The notes: generated by a model not told the origin, from the letters alone. A stretch of 32,000 bases of DNA from a cyanobacterium endosymbiont of Braarudosphaera bigelowii (GCF_020885515.1 NZ_AP024987.1:570001-602000), one strand, 5' to 3'; shown: positions 17,900 to 29,815, counted from the first letter of the stretch. A program made the numbers and translations.

Positions 17900-19513
17900 T
17901 TATACAAAAATATCATCTGAAAATCTTGATGTTTGTGCTGAATTTTCATCAAATAAGTCAAACAATTTTCTGCAAGCAACTTCTTGACTTTCTATCGTTT
18001 GTCCGTAAGAAAATATCCAAGGTAAGTTTTGAGTTACATTTATTTTTATAAACCAATCTAAAACATATGGACTTCCGTAAACAATTAAGCCTTGAGGAAG
18101 AGAAGTGGAAAATAATTTGAGACAAGAGGCTTTAGATTTATCACACAAACCTGCATTTGCTCTAAAAGGATTCCCTCGCATAAAAATTTGTAATAATGTC
18201 AAGCGATTATCATCTAAGACATTTTGTAAATTAATAGATTCTACTATTTGTAAATCATAACCTAAAGATTTAGGTATGGTTATTCCAGGAGATTGCTGAG
18301 TTAAGAAAGATATACTAAGTAAATTATCAACTACTATTAAGTTACGTTTCTTATTTTTTACAATTGTTTTTAATGGTAATTTTGAACTTGTTCTTATAGA
18401 TTTATGAATAATATTAGTAACAACTTTCTGAGTATTTTGATCTGATAAAGTATAAACTGAATCAATATCATGTCTGTAATTATATATTTTATTTTTTGCT
18501 TTCCAAATTTTATCAAGAGACTGATCAATTGCCTCTATCTCTAACTCTCCAGACTCTACTGCATCATTAATAGTTTCTATAGTATTATTTAAATTGTTCG
18601 GCATTAACAATATGTTGGCACCAGCTTTAATAGCCTTAATCGCTATTTCTTCAGGAGAAAAATATTTTGATATTCCTCCCATAATTAGTGCATCTGTAAT
18701 GATTAGTCCTTCAAAATTCAAGTTTTTTCTTAATTGTTCAGTTAAGATTTTTTTTGATAAAGTAGCTGGATTTTTTTTATCCCAAGCGTTAATTAAAATA
18801 TGAGCACTCATTATGCTGTCAACTTTTGCATTAATTACCTCCCTAAATGGAACTAATTCTAAATTATTTAACCTTTTAGAATCAGAGTTAATTATAGGTA
18901 GTTCAATATGAGAATCATTATCTGTATTACCATGACCTGGGAAATGCTTGGCTGTTGTTAAGATGGGATAATTTTTTGTACCTTCAATAAAAGCCTTAGC
19001 TAATTGAGAAACTATCTCGGGAGTTTCTCCAAAAGAACGAATATTAATGACGGGATTGTTGGGATTATTATTAATGTCGACTATCGGTGCTAGTACCCAA
19101 TTAATACCAATAGACAATGCTTCCTTTCCTATTATCTTCCCCATATTGTAGGTCAGTTCAATAGCAGTTTCTAAATCATATTTTGCAATTTCTCCTAAAG
19201 CCATTGGAGGTGGAAATTCAGTTGCACCTGAAAAACGTTGACCTACCCCTTCTTCAATATCTGCAGCAATAAATAGTGGAACGCGTGATAGTTTTTGTAA
19301 CTGTCTAGTCCTTAGTGTTATTTCTGCAGCACTTCCTCCTAGTAAGATTACTCCACCTATATTTAAGGTATTTAACCAACTAAACAACTTATCATTAGAA
19401 GCTTCCCAGGTTGGATAACGTCTCTCATGATCAAATAAAAATCCGGAAGCACGAACAATAATCATTTGTCCGATTTTCTGTCTTAAAGTAAATTTCTTCC
19501 AATCAGGTAACAA
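17900..19513 (-). CDS. nagZ: glycoside hydrolase family 3 beta-N-acetylhexosaminidase (NagZ-like, long cyanobacterial form)
   Basis: Motifs KHFPGHGNTDNDSH and GLIITDALIMGG. 537 aa. TTG start at 19511-19513 with a GAGG Shine-Dalgarno sequence 5 nt upstream. Confidence 0.8.
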   Translation of the reverse strand: MLPDWKKFTLRQKIGQMIIVRASGFLFDHERRYPTWEASNDKLFSWLNTLNIGGVILLGGSAAEITLRTRQLQKLSRVPLFIAADIEEGVGQRFSGATEFPPPMALGEIAKYDLETAIELTYNMGKIIGKEALSIGINWVLAPIVDINNNPNNPVINIRSFGETPEIVSQLAKAFIEGTKNYPILTTAKHFPGHGNTDNDSHIELPIINSDSKRLNNLELVPFREVINAKVDSIMSAHILINAWDKKNPATLSKKILTEQLRKNLNFEGLIITDALIMGGISKYFSPEEIAIKAIKAGANILLMPNNLNNTIETINDAVESGELEIEAIDQSLDKIWKAKNKIYNYRHDIDSVYTLSDQNTQKVVTNIIHKSIRTSSKLPLKTIVKNKKRNLIVVDNLLSISFLTQQSPGITIPKSLGYDLQIVESINLQNVLDDNRLTLLQIFMRGNPFRANAGLCDKSKASCLKLFSTSLPQGLIVYGSPYVLDWFIKINVTQNLPWIFSYGQTIESQEVACRKLFDLFDENSAQTSRFSDDIFV

Positions 19514-19542
19514 GGAAACCTCAAAAGCTTATTAAATTATTA

Positions 19543-19929
19543 CTATATTAGTGAAGAAGCATCTTGCTCAGTTGTATCAGTATCTCTAAGCTCATTTAGT
19601 AAATGTAACATTTCATTTCCTTTCTCTATACTATGATCTTGAAAAAACTGTACATCTGGAGCACGTCTTAATCTTATACGTTGTGCAAGCTCTTTTCTAA
19701 CATAACCTTCTGAAGATCTTAATCCCTGCATTGTTTCCAACTGTAGTTTTTCTGTTCCATAGATACTGACGAAAATCTTAACATGTTGTAAATCTCCTGA
19801 CAAATATACATTAGTTATGCTGATCATACCGGCTCCTACTCTATCATCTTTAATATCAAAAAGGAGCATATTAGAAATTTCACGTTTAATTAATGAGGAG
19901 ATACGGGAGACTCGACGACTGTTAGCCAT
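19543..19929 (-). CDS. rbfA: ribosome-binding factor A
   Basis: 128 aa. [17 protein letters not shown]...[20 protein letters not shown] is the typical RbfA pattern. Lies 29 bp upstream of nagZ on the same strand. Confidence 0.9.
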   Translation of the reverse strand: MANSRRVSRISSLIKREISNMLLFDIKDDRVGAGMISITNVYLSGDLQHVKIFVSIYGTEKLQLETMQGLRSSEGYVRKELAQRIRLRRAPDVQFFQDHSIEKGNEMLHLLNELRDTDTTEQDASSLI

Positions 19930-20375
19930 ATTGATCTTTTATCATCTGTGATAAGTAGTATTCAGTTTTTTTTAATAAATAAAACTGTCGATACTGTATT
20001 TGTAGCACAGCATATTCAAATTGTATAGATTTTTGTAAGTTTCTCTTTATTGTATTATTGTTGATCAGTACAAAATACCAAAAAGAAAATTTATAAGTAT
20101 ATTTTATTGTATCAATTCAGATATTAACAACTTATTACCAATAAGTCTTAAGTGCAAATTAAGCTGTGCTTATAATTATAGTATATGCTTTATTTTTTAT
20201 TAAATAAATCGAAAAATATTAAATAGTTGCCTTAGAAACATTTGGTCTTGTTTTCATATAGTGCTTTTTAGAATTATTATAAAGTTCCTATCTTCTTATT
20301 GATAGGATTCTATATTCTTTAATTGATAATAATCTTTTTTTATTTATAAATATCTATAAGTTATAGACTTGTTAC

Positions 20376-20594
20376 CTATCCTCCACCTACTATAGTTACA
20401 ATTTCTAACTTATCTCCTGTTTTTAAAAAAGTATTTTCCCAATATTCTCGATGTAAAATCTCTCCATTATATTCAATAACTACTAAGTAAGGATTAAACT
20501 GCATTTTTTCTAAAAATTGCGGTAAATTAATTTTAGGTGCGAATGTTTTAGGTTTTCCATTGACTTGCAAAGTTATTGTTTTAGTATTTTCCAT
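20376..20594 (-). CDS. thiS: thiamine biosynthesis sulfur-carrier protein ThiS
   Basis: 72 aa with a ubiquitin-like pattern. The C-terminus ends in ...IVTIVGGG (terminal Gly-Gly). Lies next to thiE. Confidence 0.85.
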   Translation of the reverse strand: MENTKTITLQVNGKPKTFAPKINLPQFLEKMQFNPYLVVIEYNGEILHREYWENTFLKTGDKLEIVTIVGGG

Positions 20595-20749
20595 AAATAA
20601 TTTTATATTTGTAGGGACTTACAAGATCATAACAAATAATTGAATTCAATATATTATATGAAATTAACTTGAACTACATTTATAAATTCATACGTGCTAT
20701 TCCTTTTATATCTGCATTGTAAAATTTAATTACCTATTTTTATTAGTAT

Positions 20750-21766
20750 CTAAGATAAGTAATCTTGTATTAGAGATTTTGTTATCTCCTCAGGATTTTC
20801 TGCTTCCATAATTAAACGAATTACAGCTATTTGTTTCACACCTAGGGCAATAATATCATTAATATTATTTATATCTATTCCTCCAATAGCAAACCAAGGA
20901 ATGGTACAGTTATTGGCAACATAATTTAAATAATCTGACTTAATTGTTTTTTTTCTTGGTTTGTTGGGTGTTGAATTCATGGGCCCAACACCTATATAGT
21001 CTGCTCCTCCTTCAACTGCTTTCTTCATTTCTAAAGAATTTGTAGTCGAACATCCGATAATTATTTGTGGTCCAAGTATTTTTCTCGCTGTCTTAATTGG
21101 AATATCTTCTTGGCCTATATGTACTCCATCAGCATTTACAGCTAATGCTATATCAACTCTATTATTAACAATAAATAAAGCATCGTACTTATGACATAAT
21201 TCGCAAAGTTTTTTTGCCATTTTTAGATGTGAATGATCATCTATATTTTTTTCTCTATATTGCAGTATTCGTAATCCACCCTTTAAAGAAGATTCAACTA
21301 TATTAAACAAGTTTTCTGTAGGTGAAGTAATAAGATATATTGATGCTTTGCGAAGTTTTTCACAATTAGAATATCGCATCAAAGAGCTCTCTAGTATATA
21401 AACTTTATAACGAATTTTTTTAAAAGATTTTCCCATTTCGCTGTGATAAAGTTTTCCATATTCTTCTAGCACCCTTAATGATTCCTGTATACGACATAAA
21501 TTAGCTTGTAAAAGTTCTTCGATACTATTTTTCGCTTCTTCTTTAGGATGTGATAAATCTACACCTGGATCGTTCTCAGTATCTCTTGATAAACGTATCT
21601 CAGAAGTATGCCAGAAGGCAAGCTCCTGGCGCATTTCTTTACAAATTTCAGCTAAATTACTTTTTTTGAGACCAAAACGGCACCATTCTTCTACAACTCT
21701 TATACCTTCTCTAGCTCTATCTAGGTTGGCATCTAGAATTTGAGAGATTAAAAAATTATTATTCAT
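20750..21766 (-). CDS. thiE: thiamine-phosphate synthase (long cyanobacterial form with N-terminal extension)
   Basis: The C-terminal roughly 200 aa carry YLITS, LQYREK, GVHIGQEDIP, IGVGP and FAIGGI. The 338-aa length is typical of cyanobacterial ThiE. Confidence 0.9.
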   Translation of the reverse strand: MNNNFLISQILDANLDRAREGIRVVEEWCRFGLKKSNLAEICKEMRQELAFWHTSEIRLSRDTENDPGVDLSHPKEEAKNSIEELLQANLCRIQESLRVLEEYGKLYHSEMGKSFKKIRYKVYILESSLMRYSNCEKLRKASIYLITSPTENLFNIVESSLKGGLRILQYREKNIDDHSHLKMAKKLCELCHKYDALFIVNNRVDIALAVNADGVHIGQEDIPIKTARKILGPQIIIGCSTTNSLEMKKAVEGGADYIGVGPMNSTPNKPRKKTIKSDYLNYVANNCTIPWFAIGGIDINNINDIIALGVKQIAVIRLIMEAENPEEITKSLIQDYLS

Positions 21767-21803
21767 AATATATTTCCTAGTTTCGAATGATTATATATTT
21801 TTA

Positions 21804-21859
21804 CATTAAGATAGAAAAGGTGCACTGCTAATTAGCAATACACCTTTTCTATCTTAATG
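21804..21859. terminator. 56-nt hairpin downstream of tal and 38 bp upstream of the thiE start
   Basis: 19-bp perfect stem (21804-21822 with 21841-21859). The loop contains a nested 5-bp stem TGCTA/TAGCA (21826-21830 with 21833-21837). Confidence 0.7.
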
Positions 21860-21948
21860 GTCATTCTTGATTCCATTCCTATCATTAAAAATAGACCATT
21901 ATTTTGCTATGATCCAGACTGGAAATAAAATTGCTATTTAAAACTCGT

Positions 21949-22929
21949 CTATTTCTCAATATGAGCTAGTCTCATTTTAAGCATTTCTTCGAGAGATTCC
22001 AATGCCTGTGTAAATCCTTTAATTCCTTCATCTAGCTTGTCATAGGCCATTTGATTTTCCTTATGCATCTTATCGAAAGTAGCCTTGTCAATAGAAATTT
22101 TTTCAATGTCCATACTTGCAGCTTTACTTGGATCAAGCTTACGTAGTAGTGTATCATCGGTAGATTTTAATTCTTCTAGAAGTTTAGGAGAAATAGTTAA
22201 TAAATCAGATCCCGCTAATTCGCGAATTTCTCCAATATTTCGGAAACTTGCCCCCATAACCTCAGTTTTATAACCAAACTTTTTATAGTAATTATATATT
22301 TTAGTGACTGAGACCACACCAGGATCTTCCATAGAAGAGTATTCTTTCCCGGTATTTTTTTTGTACCAATCTAGGATCCTTCCAACAAAAGGAGAGATTA
22401 AAGTAATACCTGCTTCTGCACAAGCGATTGCTTGATGCAAACCAAATAGTAAAGTTAAGTTACAGTGAATACCTTCCTTCTCTAAAACCTCTGCCGCTTT
22501 AATACCTTCCCAAGTAGAAGCAATTTTAATCAAAACACGTTCACGAGAAATTCCTGCTTTTTCGTATTCAGAAATTAAAAAATGAGCTTTATTAATGGTT
22601 GCCTCCATATCGTATGATAAACGTGCGTCAACTTCTGTAGAAACTCGACCTGGTATAATTTCGAGAATTTTTAAACCAAAACCTACTGCTAATCTATCAA
22701 AAGCTAAAATTGTGACATCAGATTCGCTTGCATTTTTACCCAATTCTTTTCTTGCAGTTATTAAAGTATCATCTACAATAGATTGGTATTGCGGCATCTG
22801 AGCTGCAGCTGTGATCAGAGATGGATTGGTAGTAGCATCACGAGGTGTAAAAGTTTCAATAGCTTGAATATCCCCAGTATCGGCTACAACAACTGTAAAT
22901 TCTTTTAATTGTTCTAATAACGTTCCCAT
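21949..22929 (-). CDS. tal: transaldolase
   Basis: Motif DATTNPSLI and the active-site region [18 protein letters not shown]. Start set at ATG 22927-22929, which is preceded by GGAAGGAG. The track GTG at 22947 would place that Shine-Dalgarno sequence inside the CDS. Confidence 0.95.
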   Translation of the reverse strand: MGTLLEQLKEFTVVVADTGDIQAIETFTPRDATTNPSLITAAAQMPQYQSIVDDTLITARKELGKNASESDVTILAFDRLAVGFGLKILEIIPGRVSTEVDARLSYDMEATINKAHFLISEYEKAGISRERVLIKIASTWEGIKAAEVLEKEGIHCNLTLLFGLHQAIACAEAGITLISPFVGRILDWYKKNTGKEYSSMEDPGVVSVTKIYNYYKKFGYKTEVMGASFRNIGEIRELAGSDLLTISPKLLEELKSTDDTLLRKLDPSKAASMDIEKISIDKATFDKMHKENQMAYDKLDEGIKGFTQALESLEEMLKMRLAHIEK

Positions 22930-23151
22930 AATTACTCCTTCCGACACAAGTGAAAATTCTAAAATTTAAATGGATAACCTCAGTCTAATCAACCTGAATT
23001 ATGCTATCTTCTTAACCTTATCAGCCACCCCTTATTTCAGTAAATAATTTCAGGAATTACTTAATTATTTGAACTTCCTTTATCTAGAAATTATCGAAAA
23101 AGATATCTAAAAAACTAAGACATTATCTTACAGTTAAATGGTAATAGTTAT

Positions 23152-23673
23152 TTAAAAATTTTCTCCTTCTGAGCGAGAGCTTGTAGAACCTTGAGGATTC
23201 AAAAATAAGTTTCCAGCAGCATCATTTGGATAAATGCAGTTAATACTAGGTTTACTTTCAAGGGAACCGACAAATCCAAAAGTATTCATTCGATTTTTGC
23301 AATCTCTAACTTGTTCCCCTGAAATTAACCTTTTTTGTTCTAACAAAGTCATATTGGAGCGGCGCAATACACATCCAGGTTGCATTTGCGGCTGAGTTGC
23401 ATAAACACTAAAAGGGTTTAAAGATAAGAATATACGCATATCAGTAACAATCGCACTTGCTCCGTACTGTACACAAAGTTCTGGGTTGGGGGCACTTTTA
23501 TCAATAACCTCTCTGGAAACAACATTTTGTGGGTTAAAACTTGCATTAGAAGTTATTCCAATACCTACTCCAATGCCTAGTATAAAAGTGCCTCCAAACA
23601 AAGCAATTTTACTATAGTTATTTGAAATTATTGACTGCTGTGAAGAATAACGAGAAGGAATTTTACGAGCCAT
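23152..23673 (-). CDS. conserved cyanobacterial membrane-anchored protein (possibly DUF3172)
   Basis: 173 aa. One N-terminal transmembrane segment (IALFGGTFILGIGVGIGI) followed by a Cys-containing soluble domain. The family name is from memory only. Confidence 0.55.
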   Translation of the reverse strand: MARKIPSRYSSQQSIISNNYSKIALFGGTFILGIGVGIGITSNASFNPQNVVSREVIDKSAPNPELCVQYGASAIVTDMRIFLSLNPFSVYATQPQMQPGCVLRRSNMTLLEQKRLISGEQVRDCKNRMNTFGFVGSLESKPSINCIYPNDAAGNLFLNPQGSTSSRSEGENF

Positions 23674-23834
23674 ATCATTACTAAATTTACTTTGTGTATA
23701 TTGAGTTTACCTTTATATCTATTTAGGATGAAAAATATTATTCATATCTATTTCTCTATATAAAAAAAGGCCTATCATTTATAGTGAAAAATGATTTACA
23801 GTAATTTGAGATATCTTTGCAATAAAAAACAATT

Positions 23835-24215
23835 ATGAAAGTTTTACAGATAATAAAAATAGTTGGAGGAACAGTTTTTATAGGATTAGGAGTTGTCATG
23901 ATCGTAACTAATCCTGGAAAACATGCATATGAAAAATATGCTGCTAAAACTCTTACAGGATATTTAAAACAAGAAGTTTGTTCACAATCTTCAGGAGTAC
24001 TAGGAAGTTTCCTTTCGGAACACTGTAAAACACTTGTAGATATAGGTAAATCGAATATTCATAAAGTTATTTCAAATAAAACTGTTCGTCAGAATTACTT
24101 ACTGTTCAGCATCTATGAAACTGAATTATTATTACCTCCTCCAATTTCTAACTATGAGTTCGAAACTATTGGAATATTCCGAAAATTTTATACTTATCAA
24201 GCTGATAAATTTTAG
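23835..24215 (+). CDS. conserved cyanobacterial membrane-anchored protein (possibly DUF4359)
   Basis: 126 aa with an N-terminal transmembrane segment followed by TNPGKHAYEKYAAKTLTGYLKQEVC. The family name is from memory only. Confidence 0.55.
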   Translation: MKVLQIIKIVGGTVFIGLGVVMIVTNPGKHAYEKYAAKTLTGYLKQEVCSQSSGVLGSFLSEHCKTLVDIGKSNIHKVISNKTVRQNYLLFSIYETELLLPPPISNYEFETIGIFRKFYTYQADKF

Positions 24216-24423
24216 ATTAAATATCTATAATTAGTTTTCATTGACTGGACATTTCTGGCTATTCAAGTATAAGAATAGGATTTCATATTTTTGTATTTTA
24301 GAAAAAAAGTATGACACTTCAGTATAAAAAAATTACATTAACTCATTTTCAAAATCCTTGCTTTTCTAAAACTTATATATAAATTTTGAACTGATATGAC
24401 ATACCTTAAGGTTAAGAAGAAAT

Positions 24424-25209
24424 ATGATTCCTCAAGCAGCAAATGTAATAGAAACTTTAATTAATATGGCTCAACAGGGAGAGATTGATCCTTGGGATGT
24501 TCAAGTAATTGAAGTAGTTGATCGTTTTCTAAATGAACTAAAAAAGACTAAACATTCTGATAAAGTTTTTCAGGAAACTACTCTACCAAAATCAGGACAG
24601 GCCTTTTTATGGGCATCTATGTTAGTTCGTTTTAAGGCTGATACTCTTGATAAGCTTCATTCCTACAATACAATACAAGAAAATTTTGATGAAATTAACG
24701 ATATTGAAGTTGAAGAAGATGCTGCTAAAAGTCAGTTATTACGACCAGATTTAGAAGAACACTTACGTCGTCGTAATGCTGCATTACCAAATTATAAACG
24801 TCGAGTAAATTTACAGGAATTAATTAATTATATTAAGGAATTTGCAGAAGAGTTAGAAACATCCGAACCCTTTAAAAGACGTCAAAAAAGTCCTTGTGCT
24901 TATTCACAGAAGGAAGCTAAAAAAATGGTTGTTGAGCTTGCGCATCAAGAAAATTTGACAGAACTAGCTAAGCAATTAGAAATTTTTCTTCAGGAAAAAT
25001 ATTCGCAATACATTCAAACTCAAAAAAAAATCAATATTGAAGATCTCTTGAATAAATGGCATAAAGTCGCTCGACCTAGTGATGAACATAAAGTAGAAAC
25101 TCAAGATAGAGTTGGAATTTTTTGGGCCTTGCTACTTTTAGCATCACAGTCTAAAGTTGAATTATTTCAAGAAGAGCTTTACCAAAATTTGTATATTCAA
25201 GTCTTATAA
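24424..25209 (+). CDS. scpA: segregation and condensation protein A
   Basis: The N-terminal GEIDPWDVQVIEVVDRFL and C-terminal winged-helix-like FWALLLLASQSKVEL fit the ScpA pattern. 261 aa. Confidence 0.85.
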   Translation: MIPQAANVIETLINMAQQGEIDPWDVQVIEVVDRFLNELKKTKHSDKVFQETTLPKSGQAFLWASMLVRFKADTLDKLHSYNTIQENFDEINDIEVEEDAAKSQLLRPDLEEHLRRRNAALPNYKRRVNLQELINYIKEFAEELETSEPFKRRQKSPCAYSQKEAKKMVVELAHQENLTELAKQLEIFLQEKYSQYIQTQKKINIEDLLNKWHKVARPSDEHKVETQDRVGIFWALLLLASQSKVELFQEELYQNLYIQVL

Positions 25210-25309
25210 ATAATTTTTTTTAAATTCTTATCGAGATTTTTGAAAAGTAAATGGTAAACTAAGCATTGTCGTCTAAAAAACCTATGGCAAAGATTGAGGA
25301 AAAGTATTC

Positions 25310-26473
25310 ATGAAAGCCATGATTCTAGCTGCTGGTAAAGGAACTCGAGTTCGCCCTATTACTCAAACTATTCCTAAGCCCTTAATACCTATTTTACAAA
25401 AACCTGTAATGGAGTTTTTGCTTGAGCTATTGCGAAAACATGGCTTTGATCAAGTCATGGTAAATGTTAGTCATTTAGCAGAGGAAATTGAAAGTTATTT
25501 CCGTGATGGACAACGTTTTGGTGTACAAATAGCTTATTCGTTTGAAGGAAAGATTATTGATGGTGATTTAGTAGGAGAAGCTTTAGGATCTGCAGGAGGA
25601 CTGAGACGCATTCAAGACTTTAATCCTTTTTTTGATGATACTTTCATTGTTTTATGTGGTGATGCACTAATAGATTTAGACTTAACAGCTGCTGTAAAGT
25701 GGCATAAGGAAAAGGGTGCAATTGCTACAGTTGTTACTAAATCAGTCTCGAAAGAGGTGGTTTCCAGTTATGGAGTGGTAGTAACTGACGAAGAAGGTAA
25801 AATTAAAACTTTTCAAGAAAAGCCTTCTATTGAAGAAGCATTGAGTACAAATATCAATACTGGAATTTATATTTTTGAACCAGAGATTATTAATTATATT
25901 CCTCCAAATAAAAAATATGACATAGGAAGTGAATTGTTCCCCAAATTAGTTAGCGAAAATACACCTTTTTACGCAGTTAATATGGATTTTGAATGGGTTG
26001 ATATAGGCAAAGTTCCTGATTACTGGCACGCTATACGTGGTGTTTTACAAAGAACAATTAAAAACGTTCAGATACCAGGTATCGAAGTTAAGCCTGGTAT
26101 CTATACAGGATTAAATGTTTCTGTAAATTGGGATAAAGTTAATATTCAAGGACCTATCTATATTGGTGGAATGACTCATATTGAAGATGGAGCAACTATT
26201 ATTGGTCCTAGTATGATTGGTCCTAACTGTTGGATTTGTAGTAATGCTACTGTAGATAATAGCGTTATTTTTGAATATTCTCGCTTAGGGCCAGGAGTTA
26301 GATTAGCAGACAAACTAGTATTTGGACGATATTGTGTAGATAAAACAGGGGCTGCAATTGATGTGCAAGCAGCTGCCTTAGATTGGTTGATTACAGATTC
26401 TCGCCAAACTATGCCTTTCGATCACCAAAATCAACAAAAAGCTATTGCTGATTTACTTAATCAAGAGAATTAA
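25310..26473 (+). CDS. NDP-sugar pyrophosphorylase (mannose-1-phosphate guanylyltransferase-like) with C-terminal left-handed beta-helix
   Basis: N-terminal ILAAGKGTRVRPIT (GxGTRxxP). The C-terminal hexapeptide-like repeats include IIGPSMIGPNCWICSNATVDNSVI. Confidence 0.85.
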   Translation: MKAMILAAGKGTRVRPITQTIPKPLIPILQKPVMEFLLELLRKHGFDQVMVNVSHLAEEIESYFRDGQRFGVQIAYSFEGKIIDGDLVGEALGSAGGLRRIQDFNPFFDDTFIVLCGDALIDLDLTAAVKWHKEKGAIATVVTKSVSKEVVSSYGVVVTDEEGKIKTFQEKPSIEEALSTNINTGIYIFEPEIINYIPPNKKYDIGSELFPKLVSENTPFYAVNMDFEWVDIGKVPDYWHAIRGVLQRTIKNVQIPGIEVKPGIYTGLNVSVNWDKVNIQGPIYIGGMTHIEDGATIIGPSMIGPNCWICSNATVDNSVIFEYSRLGPGVRLADKLVFGRYCVDKTGAAIDVQAAALDWLITDSRQTMPFDHQNQQKAIADLLNQEN

Positions 26474-27704
26474 AACATTGATTGACAAGACATTCAGCTA
26501 TTTTTCTAGAAGCTCCTGGTTTTCCCATACGTTTTTTACCGTTTTTATTAAGATTATTTATTAATTCCTTGTCACTTAATAGTTTTCTTAAGGCTTCACT
26601 AATATCTTTTGGCTTCTCAGTTAAGATAACAGAAGGGCCCAATAAGCATGTTTGTTTTTCAGCAAATTGCCTAGTAAATTGTGGACCTTCTCCAGGAAAT
26701 GAAATAACAGGTTTTCCCAGGCCTACAAATTGTTCAGTAGCAGTTCCTGCCATAGCAATACCTAAATTAGACAATTGTAAACATTCGTTATAAGCAAATT
26801 GCGTAAGTATTAAAGTGGCGTTTTCCTTCTGAAACTGTAAGGCTTGGGAATCTTTGAAATTAATATAACTTCTATCTAATATTTGACTTTTCCAGTTATG
26901 CTTTATAAGCTCTTGTCGAAAAGGAATACAGTTTAAACTAGGAGCAATAGCACTTAAAAAAAGAAAAGATTTTTTAGGAAAAGATTCTAAAATGGTTTGA
27001 ACTGATTGTAAAATTAAAGTCCAGTTACGCAATGTTTCAGGAGTTCTCGAGCCAGGTAAAAGTAGAATTTTTATTTTATCTAGATGAATATTACGATAAG
27101 TTTGTTTCGCATCTGAAAAATCATCCATCATAGGATTTCCCAAAAAATGAGCAGAAATTTTCAGTTTATTTAGGTTAACTGCTGTTAAAGTATCTCTCAC
27201 AAAAACACCTTTACATTTAGCAGATTTCATTAACCAGCGCTCCCAAGGATAATATATTGACTTAAAGCAACGGTTAACTTTTAAAGTTGAAGATAGCCAA
27301 CCTTTTTCATCTCTAACATAGTATTCTGATTTAGCAACTCCAATAAAAACAAAATTAGTATTACTTAGCCAGGCAAAAAATAAAGGTAGAATGTCCCCAA
27401 CTGCTAATATCACTCCATCTTTTTTGCCCCATTGATAAATTACTTGGTACTGCTGATATGTTAAATTAATCAATCCTTTATTAACATCACGTAATAGTTC
27501 TGATGTTTGTTGATTAAATCCTCCAGAAGGCATAACGCTAACTTTGCCTATAATTGGAATCTGATTTTGTTTAAAAGCATGACCTTCTCCGACCAAAGGA
27601 AGTGCAACAATCTGAGAAACTTCAGAGTAAGTCATTAATTTTTTAATAATAGAAATAGCAATGATATCTTCTCCATGTCCATTACTAATTGCTAGAATTT
27701 TCAT
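26457..27704 (-). CDS. lipid-A-disaccharide synthase-related glycosyltransferase of unknown function
   Basis: 415 aa. N-terminal ILAISNGHGEDIIA and a GT-B-like layout. It resembles the cyanobacterial LpxB-related family, from memory. Overlaps the convergent gene by 17 bp. Confidence 0.6.
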   Translation of the reverse strand: MKILAISNGHGEDIIAISIIKKLMTYSEVSQIVALPLVGEGHAFKQNQIPIIGKVSVMPSGGFNQQTSELLRDVNKGLINLTYQQYQVIYQWGKKDGVILAVGDILPLFFAWLSNTNFVFIGVAKSEYYVRDEKGWLSSTLKVNRCFKSIYYPWERWLMKSAKCKGVFVRDTLTAVNLNKLKISAHFLGNPMMDDFSDAKQTYRNIHLDKIKILLLPGSRTPETLRNWTLILQSVQTILESFPKKSFLFLSAIAPSLNCIPFRQELIKHNWKSQILDRSYINFKDSQALQFQKENATLILTQFAYNECLQLSNLGIAMAGTATEQFVGLGKPVISFPGEGPQFTRQFAEKQTCLLGPSVILTEKPKDISEALRKLLSDKELINNLNKNGKKRMGKPGASRKIAECLVNQCFNSLD

Positions 27705-28495
27705 AAATTTTATTAAAATAATTAGCTAAGATGTATATTATTATCTTTCCCTAAAATTTGTAATAATTGTAAACATTTTTTGTTTCTTATTACTAGTAAG
27801 AACGATATTTGAGATATTGATTATTTAATTTACCTATACATAGATTAAATAATTAATATCTTAAAATCATAAACTTAACTCTAGCTATCTTTCGAATGGA
27901 ATATTATTCCAGTAAACACTTTGATTATTATTGTATGATACCTTGATCAACTATTTTAGGTTAGTAATAGAATAACTTATTTTAAAAAACTTCTATTTAA
28001 TAGATTAGCGCATACCTTACTAACGCCTAAGAACATTAGCGTATTTAACTTACCTAAGACATTAATTCTAATTGTTAAAATTAGTCTTTCCTTCTATTAA
28101 TCAAGAGTTTTGTTTTACTAATAAAACTTTTATAACGTTAATCTATAGATCTAAAAGCTCTATTAAATTTAAACTAGGACTATTTATATTTAATTATTAT
28201 TATTCACTATTATCTTGCTTGACGTTATAGTATTGTTTCATATAATGAAAAATCTAAATAACATTAATATTTTTTAGATTTAGCTAAATTCTTTACTAAT
28301 TGAATTTACTGGTTAAAATAATTAACGTTATGAGTTTAATAAGTTAAATATTTTGTACCTGTTAAGTTAGAGTTTCATTAATTAGTGTTCTGATGACTTA
28401 ATCTAAATAAAAGTTCAAGATTATTTGCTTCGGATTTACTAGAAGGTGATAAACTGACCTACTAGACACAAAATTCTTAATATTCAATGGTCTAA

Positions 28496-29716
<1,221 letters not shown>

Positions 29717-29757
29717 TCATATAAGGCATAGTATCCTAGCCAGTTGGTATTCTATCG

Positions 29758-29815
29758 TACTAAGAAAAGCCTCATTAACCATAATACAAACTGGTTAGTG
29801 AGGTCTTTCTTAGTA
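29758..29815 (+). terminator. long imperfect hairpin downstream of sqdB
   Basis: 23 paired positions (29758-29780 with 29793-29815) include one A/C mismatch (29768/29805) and two G-U pairs. The G-U pairs form only in the + strand RNA. 12-nt loop. Confidence 0.6.

Noticed and set aside
20595-21948. TPP riboswitch upstream of thiS or thiE
   Set aside because: Neither upstream region, read on the minus strand, contains the conserved CUGAGA and ACCUGAUCUGGAUAAUGCCAGCG-like cores. Only a loose ccagtctggatcatagc resemblance occurs at about 21907-21923.
22420-22435. HIP1 (GCGATCGC) repeats typical of many cyanobacteria
   Set aside because: I found no exact copy in the window. The nearest is gcgattgc inside tal, a single one-off near-match with no significance.
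22930-22947. GTG-initiated 6-codon extension of tal
   Set aside because: The extension contains the GGAAGGAG Shine-Dalgarno sequence, which is correctly spaced for the ATG at 22929.
26457-26473. 17-bp overlap of convergent CDS ends as a regulatory feature
   Set aside because: It is most simply explained by compaction or stop-codon drift in an AT-rich genome, and there is no associated structure.
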